DNA of 64,000 nucleotides from Escherichia coli (GTDB lineage Bacteria > Pseudomonadota > Gammaproteobacteria > Enterobacterales > Enterobacteriaceae), in assembly GCF_030384885.1 (NCBI RefSeq), contig NZ_CP128613.1; one strand, written 5' to 3'. The position numbers were made by a program, and so were the translations under genes. The notes beneath the pieces were generated by a model that was not told where the DNA came from, ran no database searches, and worked only from the letters and a program-made list of their open reading frames with translations. How positions within the stretch are numbered: the stretch's first letter is position 1; each line of letters starts with the position of its first letter. Shown in pieces: positions 23,352 to 33,737 of the stretch.

Positions 23352-24695
23352 TCATTTCTTTGCCGCGCTTTTATTGCACTTCTTACAGCCTTCAATCAAT
23401 TTTTCAGTTATTATATAATAATAAGGAATGTAAATGTTTAACCCGCAAGTTTTAATCGAATCGAAAGCAAGAACTTTCACAATGGATTCTTCTCCATCTT
23501 TCTCCATTAGCAATATATCACTTAAAGGCAAATCATTAGGATTGTAAATCCTCACATCGCCAGGCTGTCTTTCATAGGCTTCGATGTCATCACCTGGTTG
23601 GCCATAGGCTAAATGAGTGGCTTTAATCCAGTTTATTGGTTCAGCATTTTGACACCAGGAGATTATTTTTTCTAATTTTTCAGGTGTGTAAGCTTTTACA
23701 TAATCTCCATGTTTTTCACATCTACCTAGTTCTGAAAAATGGCCCAGGGTGTATTCATAAGAATAATCACCAGCAGTCAATGGTAGTCTAAAGTATTGCT
23801 GAGGCAATGCCTTCTGGACTTTGGTTTTACTCAGCAAATTAAAGGTGATATCATAAAGTTGATATAGACAAACACCCTCTCGATCTGGATATCCATAAGG
23901 CTTGATGTCAGAAAGCATCTCAATATCAGAATTATAAACACTTGCATAATCATCACTTCCAAACATGAAAAAACCTTTTGATAGAATGAATATTGCATTA
24001 GGAAGAACGTTTTTTTCAAAATTCTGCGAGTGAGTTTTTATTTCTTGTACTATGTCCATCCAATCCATATCAGTATCATAGGCGAAGATAATTCCAAAAC
24101 CATTAGTCTGAATTCTCTCCTCTGAATGTATAAATATGTTCTGATTTATACCATGTTTCTTTAGTTTTTTGAATGAGCGGATATTTTCGAAAGCACTTTT
24201 CAGTTCTTTTTTTGTTAGTTTTGACTTAACCTGAATCACACCATAGCAGTACTCCACAGGTAAAACCTCAAAAATTTCCTGTCGCTGCATAAGCGAAAAT
24301 GAATTAAAAGCATCATAAAAAAGAATGTCGATTTCATTACTGAGATGTCCTGAGGTTGACGCTACACGGACACTTGATTTTGAGATGGCATAGCTTTGCG
24401 GTAAGAGTTTATTTTCATTGAAAAAGCATCTTAAGAGTTCCTCTCTGACAGTACCAACATCTCTTGGATGCTTAATATCTTTCGATATTTCAAAATCTTG
24501 AAGCATTTTCCTCTGTAAGTGAATGAACTCCCTTTCAAGACCATAAAATTCTTTATCTTTAGATCTCAGTTTGCTTGCACGAGAAACTTGATCGGATATC
24601 CATTCCTTTGTGCGAGACTCTCTCTCAGCAAAATCATCACGTTGTTTTTTTACAGCACCGGTCAAGCGTTTTCTTGTGTTTTCATTATCGGACAT
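23352..24695 (-). CDS. hypothetical protein, low GC; possible PD-(D/E)xK / Mrr-like nuclease fold
   Basis: 447-aa ORF; motif ..SNEIDILFYD..(about 25 aa)..YGVIQVKSKL reminiscent of a D...(E/Q)xK nuclease core; AT-rich relative to neighbours; no confident family assignment. Confidence 0.55.
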   Translation of the reverse strand: MSDNENTRKRLTGAVKKQRDDFAERESRTKEWISDQVSRASKLRSKDKEFYGLEREFIHLQRKMLQDFEISKDIKHPRDVGTVREELLRCFFNENKLLPQSYAISKSSVRVASTSGHLSNEIDILFYDAFNSFSLMQRQEIFEVLPVEYCYGVIQVKSKLTKKELKSAFENIRSFKKLKKHGINQNIFIHSEERIQTNGFGIIFAYDTDMDWMDIVQEIKTHSQNFEKNVLPNAIFILSKGFFMFGSDDYASVYNSDIEMLSDIKPYGYPDREGVCLYQLYDITFNLLSKTKVQKALPQQYFRLPLTAGDYSYEYTLGHFSELGRCEKHGDYVKAYTPEKLEKIISWCQNAEPINWIKATHLAYGQPGDDIEAYERQPGDVRIYNPNDLPLSDILLMEKDGEESIVKVLAFDSIKTCGLNIYIPYYYIITEKLIEGCKKCNKSAAKK

Positions 24696-25214
24696 AAATT
24701 AACCTTAAGTTGATAAGTTTTGTGGTGAATTTATAAAGCCTGAGGGATAAACATTTATAGTCTATAAGTTACTATTTATTTGAGATAGTAAGCCAATTTT
24801 ATTAGATGAAGAAACGTTCATAACCTCCTCAACTACGTTTCAATCGGCAACATCGGAGAAGTACACTTTGACAATATATAGCATATTGAAGCAGCTGTAA
24901 CTTAGAGCGCGTACACTCAAGATTTCCCGCTGCGGTGATGGCGGACGACTGCGTTTGATAACTCATTTCCCTCACCAACTATCGGACCTGTTCCTGATTG
25001 ATTATCACATTATAATGTGAGCAATGTCCGCTCCTAGCACATAGCAGTTCTAGAGACAATGGCGTAAAGTCATGGAGAATCGGTGGGAGGATATTCAGTT
25101 TCATTCATGCCGAAATACGGTAAAATCTATAACAGATAGAAATCATTCAATATTCGCACTATCAGAAGCTGGCCAGCCAACCGCGCACGATTTTGCATAC
25201 GACATGCTACGGTT

Positions 25215-25814
25215 TCATTTATCTCCGACCGGAAACTTCTTATACAGTGTCGATACACCAACATCATAGATGATCTCCACCTTCTGGCGAGGAACGCCTG
25301 ATGCAATTAATCGCCCGGCCTGCGCCCTTTGTTCTGGTGTAAGTTTGGGACGACGTCCACCAATTCGTCCCTGTGCGCGAGCAACTTCCAGTCCAGCTTT
25401 TGTTCGTTCAACAATCAGTTCTCGTTCCATTTCAGCCAGGGCACCCATCACATGAAAGAAAAAACGCCCCATCGGTGTGCTGGTATCAATAGCATCCGTC
25501 AGGCTGCGAAAATTAACGCCACGTTCGCGCAACTCCTCAACCAGAATGACCAGATGGACAAGCGTGCCGGGACCGGGTTTATTCAGCGCTTCAATCAGGC
25601 GATCGCGCTGGTCAAAGCAGTCATCTCCCACCACATAAGCTGTGATGGACGGGCGGAAAGTGACTTTTCCCAGATCTTCGGTATAGGGCTTGTCGCGGTT
25701 CGGGTATTCATGTGTTTCCACACGGCGACCGGTTCCCGCACTTTCTTCTTCAACCTTAAACGGCACACCTCGAAATGACGCATCCTGAAGCCTGTCTTTC
25801 CACGTCATATACAC
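25215..25814 (-). pseudogene. chimeric ORF: C-terminal half of a Pin/Gin/Hin-family serine DNA invertase fused to a Mu-N-like (DNA circularisation protein) N-terminus
   Basis: C-terminal about 110 aa (VEELRERG..FRSLTD.IDTSTPMGRFFFHVMGALAEMERELIVERT..GGRRPKLT..) matches invertase C-terminus and HTH; catalytic Ser-containing N-terminus missing; first about 85 aa (WKDRLQDASFRGVPF..GRRVETHEYPNRD..EDLG) resembles phage DNA_circ_N proteins. Confidence 0.6.
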
Positions 25815-25869
25815 TCCGAAAATAAAAAAGCCACCTATTAGAAGGTGGCCTTGTAATGAATTTTATTAA

Positions 25870-26400
25870 TTAGCGAGTCAGAAACAACGAATCTTTATAC
25901 TTTTGCTGTTGTTCATTTAAATACTTAGCTGTTTCATCGCTGGCAAATGGAAATATTACCGTATTTTTAGGCATGGTAATTTCTTTTTTGTCCAGCGTCA
26001 GAGTAAACATAGGAACATACTGAGCAGAGTAACGCACCGCAGAAACGAGCTCTAGTTTAGACTCTTCAATAACACTTAAATTATCCAGGCTAACTTTCTC
26101 TTCATCTTTTTTCTTTGACGCATTTAAAGTTTTTATTACTTTATTTAATTTCTCCTGAAAATCCTCCTTAAAGTTTTCAGGATTGCCGTCGACAACAAGA
26201 ATCTGTTCACCCTGATTATCTGGAAAAATAATCTTTGCACTTATCAATTTATTTTCTTTATAAACATCACCAAGTTTTATGGCTCCTCCAGATAACTGAA
26301 TAATATGTTCATCTTTAAAGGAGATGTTGCCAGAGATTATGAGAGATGAAAAAATAGCCGCTGCTCCAAGAATTACACTTGCTGTGATATAGCCTTTCAT
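25870..26400 (-). CDS. hypothetical membrane-anchored/secreted protein, low GC
   Basis: 176-aa ORF with N-terminal hydrophobic segment MKGYITASVILGAAAIFSSLIISG; Lys/Glu-rich; AT-rich. Confidence 0.5.
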   Translation of the reverse strand: MKGYITASVILGAAAIFSSLIISGNISFKDEHIIQLSGGAIKLGDVYKENKLISAKIIFPDNQGEQILVVDGNPENFKEDFQEKLNKVIKTLNASKKKDEEKVSLDNLSVIEESKLELVSAVRYSAQYVPMFTLTLDKKEITMPKNTVIFPFASDETAKYLNEQQQKYKDSLFLTR

Positions 26401-26491
26401 TTTTCGCCTATTAACATTTTTCTAAATGTGCATTAATTCTATCACTCTATTTATGACTTACAACCAGCAATACATGTGAGGGGAATCCTGG

Positions 26492-27623
26492 CTACCAAAA
26501 TCGGGTATAGCCAACATCGTGATTTATATCAATGCCACTGGAGCGTGTTTCCGTAACCCGCATACCTGGTGGCATATTTATAAATGATACCTTGATCTCA
26601 CCATCAACTTTTGGCGCGGTAGCTTTATTAATCATGAAGGGATTCGGGCCTGTGGCATCGGAGGCGTTGTTTGCCTGAGCCGGATCCACCGCCGGATAAG
26701 GAGTGTATCCCCGTGCCGGTATTCCCGTCTTCGATATTGTTGAAGGTGGCGCGATCGGTGTTCTGCACCATGTGCAACGGCACCCGGAACAGACGACAGA
26801 TTTCTTCAAGCTGAAACTTGCGGGTTTCCAGGAACTGGCTGTCCTCGGCGTTCAGCGCCATCGACTTCCAGTCCAGCCCCATCTCAAGGATCATCGGGCG
26901 GTGAGCATTACCAAGCCCGGTGTGACGCTCCTCAAAATCTTTCTTCAGGCGCTCATAAGCCTGATCCGACAGCGTCTGTTCTGTACGCAACACACCCGAC
27001 GTCACCGCGCCATTGCTGAACAGTCTGGCCCCGTGCTCTTCGGTCGCAGCTGCCAGCGATATTGCCTCACGGGCATAGGCGATGGGATTCAGTCCCACCA
27101 GACCGTCCAGCGTCAGCGTGCGCACATGCCAGATATCCTCCTGGCTCAGTACATCCGTGGAGCCATCCGGGAATGTGACCTGATAGACCGGCTCCCAGCT
27201 ACTGTTAAGCTTCGGTACCACACAGCCGGGATCGACGGGCAGCAGTTCAGCCACTTCGCCAAATGCTTTCACTTTGTAGGCGTAAAAGTTTCCCCGCAGG
27301 CACAGACAGGTGACCACCAGCTCCCAGAACTCCTGCGGCGTCATATAGCCATTGGGATGCGTGGAGATCAGCTTATGCAGACGTTCGCCAGTGGCTCTCT
27401 GCTTCAGGCTGCCGTTCAGGTGATACAGGTTGCAGGGCAACATCCCGACCGACTCCGCCAGCACCCTGACACAGGAAAAAACCGCCGTCAGTCGCATGGC
27501 CCGCTGGCTGCTGATCTGCTTTCCGGTATAGGTGTCGTAGGACAACCCGATGGCATCCGCCAGCTCTGCTGGCGTGGTCACCGGTGCGTCACTTTTTCGT
27601 TGAAATAATCCCGAAAAGAACAC
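26492..27623 (-). pseudogene. phage portal protein (HK97-family), frameshifted and 3'-truncated
   Basis: 331-aa ORF with portal-like N-terminus continues in another frame as a 105-aa ORF (26492-26809); normally followed by protease/capsid genes, which are absent. Confidence 0.6.
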
Positions 27624-27805
27624 TATTTACCTCCGCCGACAGACAGCTGTGTACGATCGAGATATCGCGCCACCAGCCACGACCAGAACAGGCACAGCGC
27701 CCCGGCAACAACAAAACCCGCCGGGGGATAAATCAGCCAGGCACCATATGCCAGCAAAAGCGCACCCAGCACGCCCACCAGAGGCGCGAGAATCAGCATG
27801 ATCAT
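27623..27805 (-). CDS. small hydrophobic phage protein
   Basis: 60-aa ORF, two hydrophobic stretches, between terminase and portal. Confidence 0.3.
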   Translation of the reverse strand: MIMLILAPLVGVLGALLLAYGAWLIYPPAGFVVAGALCLFWSWLVARYLDRTQLSVGGGK

Positions 27806-27816
27806 AATTACCTCAG

Positions 27817-29550
27817 TTAAAGCGAGCGGATCCCGTAGGACTCAATGTGGTCAGACAGCGTGTCTTCTTTCTCGTACAGCATGGCTCTGCCAACCGCCAT
27901 AATCAGCGCAACTGCACCATCGATTTTGTTTTCCGCCTGCTCTTTGACGGGTTTCACCACATCATCGTTACCCGGAATGGTTTTGCCGACCACGTTGCCG
28001 ATACACCAGGTCATGATGGGATTGCCGTCATGATGAAAGCGCCCCGATTCAATTGCCGCTTCCAGCTCTTTCATCGGGTCGGACATGTTGGTGTAGTTCT
28101 GAATGATAGTGATGGGGTTCAGGTCTTCATCAGCAAGGTCATGTGACAACCCGGTCGCCCCGAAGGGGTCGATGGGTGACTCACTGACCGGGCTGATTTT
28201 GTTCGCCGCTTTGGCCTCCTCGAGGATGTAGCGATAATCCACCTCCGCACCATCGGTAACGGTCAGAACGCCCATTTCCACCCATTTCTGAAAGCGTTCG
28301 GCTGTCCGTCGATCTTCATTTTTCTCGACGCTGTACACCGTGTCATACGGTACCCAGAAACGCGGGGCCACACTGTAGTAATGCGTTTTACCGTCAATCT
28401 CGCGGGTATAAAGTCGCGCCATGCTGTTCATATCCAGCTTACGCGCCAGGTCAAAGGCCAGAATGCACGGCTGCCCCTCGAACTGCTCAAGAGTCAGTGA
28501 TTTATCCTCGCATCTCTGCCAGCTCACCAGGTTGAAATACGCCGAACGCGCCGACACCCAGATATTGAGGTGTTTTGTTTTAAAGACGTTTGCCAGACGG
28601 GCGTTATTTTTCGCACGTTGCTGCTGGCTTAACAAAAACTCGCGATAAACCGACACACCGATATTCGGGTTAGCTTTTTCAAGTACCTGCGGGTCGGTCC
28701 AGTCGTCGCCTTCGTCAACGGTATAGATGATCCCGAACAGTTCATCGTTGGGCACCGAGCCGTTGAGCATCTCGATGACTTCCCGCCGTTTGTCGTAGCA
28801 CGGCCCCTCAATGTTGTACCCGGCGGTGGTAATGGCCCACATCAGTGGCTGGCGTCGCGCCCCCATCCCGGTAAGCATCGTGGTGTAAAGCGCATCTGTG
28901 GCGTGCTCGTGATATTCATCCACCACCGCACAGTGGGGTGATGAACCATCACCGGGGTTACCGATCAGCGGTTCAAACCGCGCACCATCCTCCGGACGGT
29001 TCATGTTTGAGGCGTTAACCTCAATCCCGAACGCTTCCGTCAGCATGGGTGTGCGTTTACACATCAGTCGTGCCGGACGAAAGACTTCCCATGCCTGTTT
29101 CTCCGTCGTGGCACCGGAATACACTTCCGCGCCGAACTCGTTATCACAGGCAAAACAATACAGGGCGACACCGGCAGAGATTGCCGATTTGCCGTTCTTA
29201 CGGGGGATTTCGGTATACACCTCACGGAAGCGGCGCAGCCGGGAGCCTTTATTGACCCAGCCAAACGCGCAGCAGATCACAAAGAGCTGCCACGGCTCCA
29301 GCGTGATGGGCATCCTCTTAAATGCCCACTCACCCTTGGTGTGCGGCAACAGCTGAATAAATTTCGCGGCCCGTTCAGCCAGGTCCTTGTCGAAGCGGTA
29401 ACGAAACGACTTACTTTTTTCCTCCATCAGGTCATCAAGATGGCGCTGGCAGGCCTGAATCACAAACTGGCAGGCCACAATCTTTCCGTGCACGACATCA
29501 CGGGCATACTGATTGGCAGCATTTACGTTGGGGTAAGATTTCCGGCTCAT
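27817..29550 (-). CDS. phage terminase large subunit
   Basis: 577-aa ORF with ATPase Walker-like region and C-terminal nuclease region; overlaps small-subunit stop (ATGA). Confidence 0.9.
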   Translation of the reverse strand: MSRKSYPNVNAANQYARDVVHGKIVACQFVIQACQRHLDDLMEEKSKSFRYRFDKDLAERAAKFIQLLPHTKGEWAFKRMPITLEPWQLFVICCAFGWVNKGSRLRRFREVYTEIPRKNGKSAISAGVALYCFACDNEFGAEVYSGATTEKQAWEVFRPARLMCKRTPMLTEAFGIEVNASNMNRPEDGARFEPLIGNPGDGSSPHCAVVDEYHEHATDALYTTMLTGMGARRQPLMWAITTAGYNIEGPCYDKRREVIEMLNGSVPNDELFGIIYTVDEGDDWTDPQVLEKANPNIGVSVYREFLLSQQQRAKNNARLANVFKTKHLNIWVSARSAYFNLVSWQRCEDKSLTLEQFEGQPCILAFDLARKLDMNSMARLYTREIDGKTHYYSVAPRFWVPYDTVYSVEKNEDRRTAERFQKWVEMGVLTVTDGAEVDYRYILEEAKAANKISPVSESPIDPFGATGLSHDLADEDLNPITIIQNYTNMSDPMKELEAAIESGRFHHDGNPIMTWCIGNVVGKTIPGNDDVVKPVKEQAENKIDGAVALIMAVGRAMLYEKEDTLSDHIESYGIRSL

Positions 29551-30050
29551 GATTCGATGATTTTCAGAAACGGGTTAGTGGCTTTCTTCTGCCCCGCCAG
29601 GCCAATCAGACGCTGGCGGCTGCTGGGGTCGAGTCCGAGCATTGCCCCCGTACTGCTCATCTCGGACTCCTGTTCTTTTTTGGCGGTCAGCTCCGGATTT
29701 TTGACCATACCGCCCATTGCACCGGTGATGGTGTTGCCCTGTCTGGCAATATTTTTCACGGCACGTCGCCAGAACTCGTAGGCCACGCACCACCGCTCAA
29801 GCACCGCGAGGTCAGTCACGCACAGCAGGCCCTGACCGCAGAGTTCTTTAGTTGTCAGTTGCCACATGATCGTGGCGAGAGGGAGATCTTCTTCAGCGAA
29901 CCACTCCGGTGGCTCAACACCTTTGATGGGCGTAAAAACAGGTTCATCTTTATTCAGGGCTCGCTTGCCGGGGTTTCCGGCCAGCGCCTTGCGCGCCGTT
30001 GGCTTGGGGCGACGCCCGGAACGCCCCGCCGTTCCAGCCATATGCGGCAC
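29547..30050 (-). CDS. phage terminase small subunit (P27-like)
   Basis: 167-aa ORF, basic N-terminus [22 protein letters not shown], immediately upstream of large subunit. Confidence 0.8.
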   Translation of the reverse strand: MPHMAGTAGRSGRRPKPTARKALAGNPGKRALNKDEPVFTPIKGVEPPEWFAEEDLPLATIMWQLTTKELCGQGLLCVTDLAVLERWCVAYEFWRRAVKNIARQGNTITGAMGGMVKNPELTAKKEQESEMSSTGAMLGLDPSSRQRLIGLAGQKKATNPFLKIIES

Positions 30051-30166
30051 TCCTGGTTAAATTTCATTTTTCGCGGGTATAAAAAAACGATGGGGCGGGC
30101 AGTCCGGAAGACGTCAGGTCACAGGGATTTGACCCGCCCCTCCCCTCTGGCAGTGGGAACTGGTTC

Positions 30167-30517
30167 TTACTTCAGCCGTTCACGGGCCGTCTTCGCCTTA
30201 TGACACGGCCAGCACAAACTCTGCAGATTACTGTCGACATCAGTGCCGCCATGCGATTTAGGGATGATGTGGTCAACGGTCTTCGCCTCACGCACCACAC
30301 CAGCACGCAGACATAACTGACACAGGCCTTTGTCACGCTTCAGGACACGCGCGCGGATACTGTCCCACTTCGAACCGTAGCCGCGCTGATGACGGGATTG
30401 TCCAGGTTTGTATTGCTTCCAGCCTTCGCTTTTGTGGCTTTCGCAGTAGCCTGAAGGGTCCGTGGTTGTAAAGCGGCAGCCGCGAACACGGCAGGCTTTT
30501 GGGGTTCGTGGGGGCAT
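30167..30517 (-). CDS. HNH endonuclease (phage packaging-associated)
   Basis: 116-aa ORF with CxxC...HIIPKSHGG..D..NLQSLCWPCH HNH motif. Confidence 0.85.
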   Translation of the reverse strand: MPPRTPKACRVRGCRFTTTDPSGYCESHKSEGWKQYKPGQSRHQRGYGSKWDSIRARVLKRDKGLCQLCLRAGVVREAKTVDHIIPKSHGGTDVDSNLQSLCWPCHKAKTARERLK

Positions 30518-31041
30518 ATGTACTCCAATGAAGAAACCAGCGAAATAGCTGCCTTCATTCGTAGTAAACCTTTTTCATCAACGCAGTAATGGATTCTTTG
30601 AAGAGTCGCGATCAATACAACTCACTAATGGAGAGACTTGTCTCACGCATGAGACAAATTTCCCGTTTGATTTAATGGACACTATAGAGGGACAGAATGC
30701 CTTCCTCACTCGAATCACATCAATTAAGGAGGTTCAACATGTTTCATTCCACAAGTCATCAGGCTGTAATTATGGCAGCATCAGTTTGTGCCAAAGACCT
30801 TTTCCGCTTCACTTTGAGCCTGATTCATTTCTACCTGACCGGCTCGCCTCTATCTTTTTAATCCCCGCTTTATCCAAATTGCATTGCCATAATGCCGACA
30901 ACACACTGACATTCAAATCCAGACTACCTCCAATAGTCTGACCGTACACCTATATAGTTTTAATTTTCATCAATCCATTTAACTATCGTTTAATTGTTGT
31001 CACATAGGATTCTGCCGTTTTTAACAATGCAGGATAATAAG

Positions 31042-31335
31042 ATGAAAAAAATGTTGTTTTCTGCCGCTCTGGCAATGCTTATTACAGGATGTGCTCAACA
31101 GACGTTTACTGTTGGAAACAAACCGACAGCAGTAACACCAAAAGAAACCATCACCCATCATTTCTTCGTTTCGGGAATTGGACAGGAGAAAACTGTTGAT
31201 GCAGCCAAAATTTGTGGCGGCGCAGAAAATGTTGTTAAAACAGAAACCCAGCAAACATTCGTAAATGGATTGCTCGGTTTTATTACTTTAGGCATTTATA
31301 CTCCGCTGGAAGCGCGTGTGTATTGCTCACAATAA
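31042..31335 (+). CDS. bor: Bor/Iss-family outer-membrane lipoprotein
   Basis: 97 aa from internal Met; lipobox LITGC; closely matches recollection of lambda Bor. Confidence 0.9.
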   Translation: MKKMLFSAALAMLITGCAQQTFTVGNKPTAVTPKETITHHFFVSGIGQEKTVDAAKICGGAENVVKTETQQTFVNGLLGFITLGIYTPLEARVYCSQ

Positions 31336-31366
31336 TTGCATGAGTTGCCCATCGATATGGGCAGCT

Positions 31367-31828
31367 CTATCTGCACTGCTCATTAATATACTTCTGGGTT
31401 CCTTCCAGTTGTTTTTGCATCGTGATCAGCCTCTCTCTGAGGGTGAAATAATCCCGTTCAGCGGTGTCTGCCAGTCGGGGGGAGGCTGCATTATCCACGC
31501 CGGAGGCGGTGGTGGCTTCACGCACTGACTGACAGACTGCTTTGATGTGCAACCGACGACGACCAGCGGCAACATCATCACGCAGAGCATCATTTTCAGC
31601 TTTCGCATCAGCTAACTCCTTCGTGTATTTTGCATCGAGCGCAGCAACATCACGCTGACGCATCTGCATGTCAGTAATTGCCACGTTCGCCAGCTTCAGT
31701 TCTCTGGCATTTTTGTCGCGCTGGGCTTTGTATGTAATGGCGTTATCACGGTAATGATTAACCGCCCATGACAGACAGACGATGATGCAGATAACCAGAG
31801 CGGAGATAATCGCGGTTAATCTGTTCAT
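31367..31828 (-). CDS. Rz: i-spanin Rz
   Basis: 153-aa ORF, N-terminal TM, coiled-coil; closely matches recollection of lambda Rz. Confidence 0.9.
   Translation of the reverse strand: MNRLTAIISALVICIIVCLSWAVNHYRDNAITYKAQRDKNARELKLANVAITDMQMRQRDVAALDAKYTKELADAKAENDALRDDVAAGRRRLHIKAVCQSVREATTASGVDNAASPRLADTAERDYFTLRERLITMQKQLEGTQKYINEQCR
31426..31608 (-). CDS. Rz1: o-spanin Rz1 (embedded in +1 frame of Rz)
   Basis: 60-aa ORF with lipobox VVGC and proline-rich PPPPP segment, fully inside Rz. Confidence 0.8.
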   Translation of the reverse strand: MRKLKMMLCVMMLPLVVVGCTSKQSVSQCVKPPPPPAWIMQPPPDWQTPLNGIISPSERG

Positions 31829-32301
31829 ACCTCAATCTCTCTGACCGTTCCGCCCGCTTCTTTGAATTTTGCAATCAGGCTGTCAGCCTTATGCTCGAAC
31901 TGACCATAACCAGCGCCCGGCAGTGAAGCCCAGATATTGCTGCAACGGTCGATAGCCTGACGAATATCACCGCGATCAATCATCGGTAAAGCGCCACGCT
32001 CTTTAATCTGCTGCAATGCCACTGCGTCCTGGCTTTTGGGGGAGAAGTCTTTCAGGCCAAGCTGCTTACGATAGGAATCCCACCAACGGGAAAGAAGCTG
32101 GTAGCGCCCGGCTGCTGTTGATTTGAGTTTTGGGTTTAGCGTGACAAGTTTGCGAGGGTGATCGGAGTAATCAGTAAATAGCTCTCCGCCTACAATGACG
32201 TCATAACCATGATTTCTGGTTTTCTGCCGTCCGTTATCCGTTCCTTCTGACCATGCCACCATATCGAGGAAAGCTTTACGCTGAGGATTAAGATTTTGCA
32301 T
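31825..32301 (-). CDS. R: endolysin, lambda R-type lytic transglycosylase
   Basis: 158-aa ORF closely matching recollection of lambda R (..[31 protein letters not shown]..). Confidence 0.9.
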   Translation of the reverse strand: MQNLNPQRKAFLDMVAWSEGTDNGRQKTRNHGYDVIVGGELFTDYSDHPRKLVTLNPKLKSTAAGRYQLLSRWWDSYRKQLGLKDFSPKSQDAVALQQIKERGALPMIDRGDIRQAIDRCSNIWASLPGAGYGQFEHKADSLIAKFKEAGGTVREIEV

Positions 32302-32605
32302 TTTTCACCCCTGTCAGTCGTTCCCAGAAGTACGTCAGTGCAACCGAACCCATCGCACCACTAATCCCCGCTGTCGCGAGAATCATGTAAATACTGAATC
32401 CACTTTCGATGCTGATCAGGCCACCAATAACACCGGTGAATCCTGATACCACTATCTGAGCCAGAGCATTTATCCAACTCCACGTTGCTTTACTCTGCTT
32501 CACATCTATCAGGTAGCGGACTAGACCGCCCCAACCTGCGATGATCAGCAAAACGAGCCAGAACGCTCCGGCAAGGCTCTCTTTTTCGTGCATATGAATA
32601 GCCAA
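32288..32605 (-). CDS. putative holin
   Basis: 105-aa ORF with hydrophobic helices, overlapping start of endolysin; not lambda S-like. Confidence 0.55.
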   Translation of the reverse strand: MAIHMHEKESLAGAFWLVLLIIAGWGGLVRYLIDVKQSKATWSWINALAQIVVSGFTGVIGGLISIESGFSIYMILATAGISGAMGSVALTYFWERLTGVKNAKS

Positions 32606-32711
32606 TGTTTCGCCGCCGACAAAAGGCCGGGACGTTAAATGTCAGAAATCAGGCTCACGGGGTAATTTAACGACAAAGCACGGAGTTGATGCTCCCCGCA
32701 AGCCTGGAATA

Positions 32712-32734
32712 AAAAAGCCAGCATGTAGCTGGCA
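32712..32734 (-). terminator. intrinsic terminator of short late-promoter transcript (tR'-like)
   Basis: On minus strand GCCAGCTACATGCTGGC hairpin followed by TTTTTT, between Q and the holin. Confidence 0.5.
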
Positions 32735-32914
32735 ACAGAGGGTTAAGCAATATCAACTCAACAGCTGAAGACACCCTGGCTGGGGTACATTGGAAGGATA
32801 CTCACCGCCCAGAAACAGAAAAGCCCAAGGCTTTAAACCTCGAGCTTGAATTTGGATTACTGCCAGTGCGTACAACATTGGCAAAATATCAGATTTATAT
32901 GAAATATATGCTTT

Positions 32915-33604
32915 TTAATCCAGTTTTGCAATATTTTGCTGTGAAAATGTCGCCTTTTGTTTTGAACGTGTTCTCGTTAGAAGCAATAAAGCTTCGCTAT
33001 CAAGCTGTAGAAAAATGTGCTTCATTGCAACCCAGCGTTCAGTGAATGTCTCAGACCAGTTTTTTGATGTCACTCCCACCAGTGACGCCAGTTCCTGGTA
33101 TTCATAAGCCTCACGCCCTGCCAGTTCGCTCTTCACATCCTGTGCCGCCAGCCAGATCAACTTCTTCAGGCGTTCCAGTGTCTTACCTGCAATTTTTCTG
33201 GTACCCAACAGAGTCTTAAACTCGCTCCATGCCCACTGCGTTATGGCAACCTGATGCTCCCAGCGAATATTTTCACTGTAACTCCACAGCAACCATGCTT
33301 TCTGATGCTCATCGAGAGACAGAACAGCGCGGCGCCATGAAGAGGTTGAAAACTCGACCGGACTGATCAGGGCGACAGATGAACCTTTTGCGTACGACTG
33401 TTTACCGGAAATCGGCAGATTATCCAGCATAATAATCTTGCCAGTTACCTCATCCAGAATGCGTCGCTTCTTTCGTTTGTATGTACCAGTATCAAATTGT
33501 GCATGCTCCAGCCAGGCTTCAAGCTGGCCTTTCGTTGCTCCGCTCAAGTCAGCGGTAGCCACCATGAGTTGCTCGCGGACATATTGTAAATATTGGGTAT
33601 TCAT
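32915..33604 (-). CDS. late-gene antiterminator Q-like protein
   Basis: 229-aa ORF directly upstream of the lysis cassette and downstream of rusA; position-based, not lambda-Q-like in sequence. Confidence 0.55.
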   Translation of the reverse strand: MNTQYLQYVREQLMVATADLSGATKGQLEAWLEHAQFDTGTYKRKKRRILDEVTGKIIMLDNLPISGKQSYAKGSSVALISPVEFSTSSWRRAVLSLDEHQKAWLLWSYSENIRWEHQVAITQWAWSEFKTLLGTRKIAGKTLERLKKLIWLAAQDVKSELAGREAYEYQELASLVGVTSKNWSETFTERWVAMKHIFLQLDSEALLLLTRTRSKQKATFSQQNIAKLD

Positions 33605-33737
33605 GCGGCAGCTCCTTTCAGTGTTTTGGCGTAATTCCTCAGTATTCGGTAATCGGTCAAAACAGAACCGGGGAAACGATATAAGCGCAGATGCCCCCAG
33701 CGGTGGCGAAGAAGTTCTGCCATATAAAACTCAAACA

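Noticed and set aside
20928-25216. Retron or other reverse-transcriptase-associated ncRNA explanation for the duplicated 120-bp segment
   Set aside because: No reverse-transcriptase ORF nearby (the 447-aa protein lacks YxDD-type motifs) and no msr/msd-type inverted-repeat structure
26703-27608. 301-aa plus-strand ORF
   Set aside because: Antisense to the portal gene; GC-rich codon-free frame
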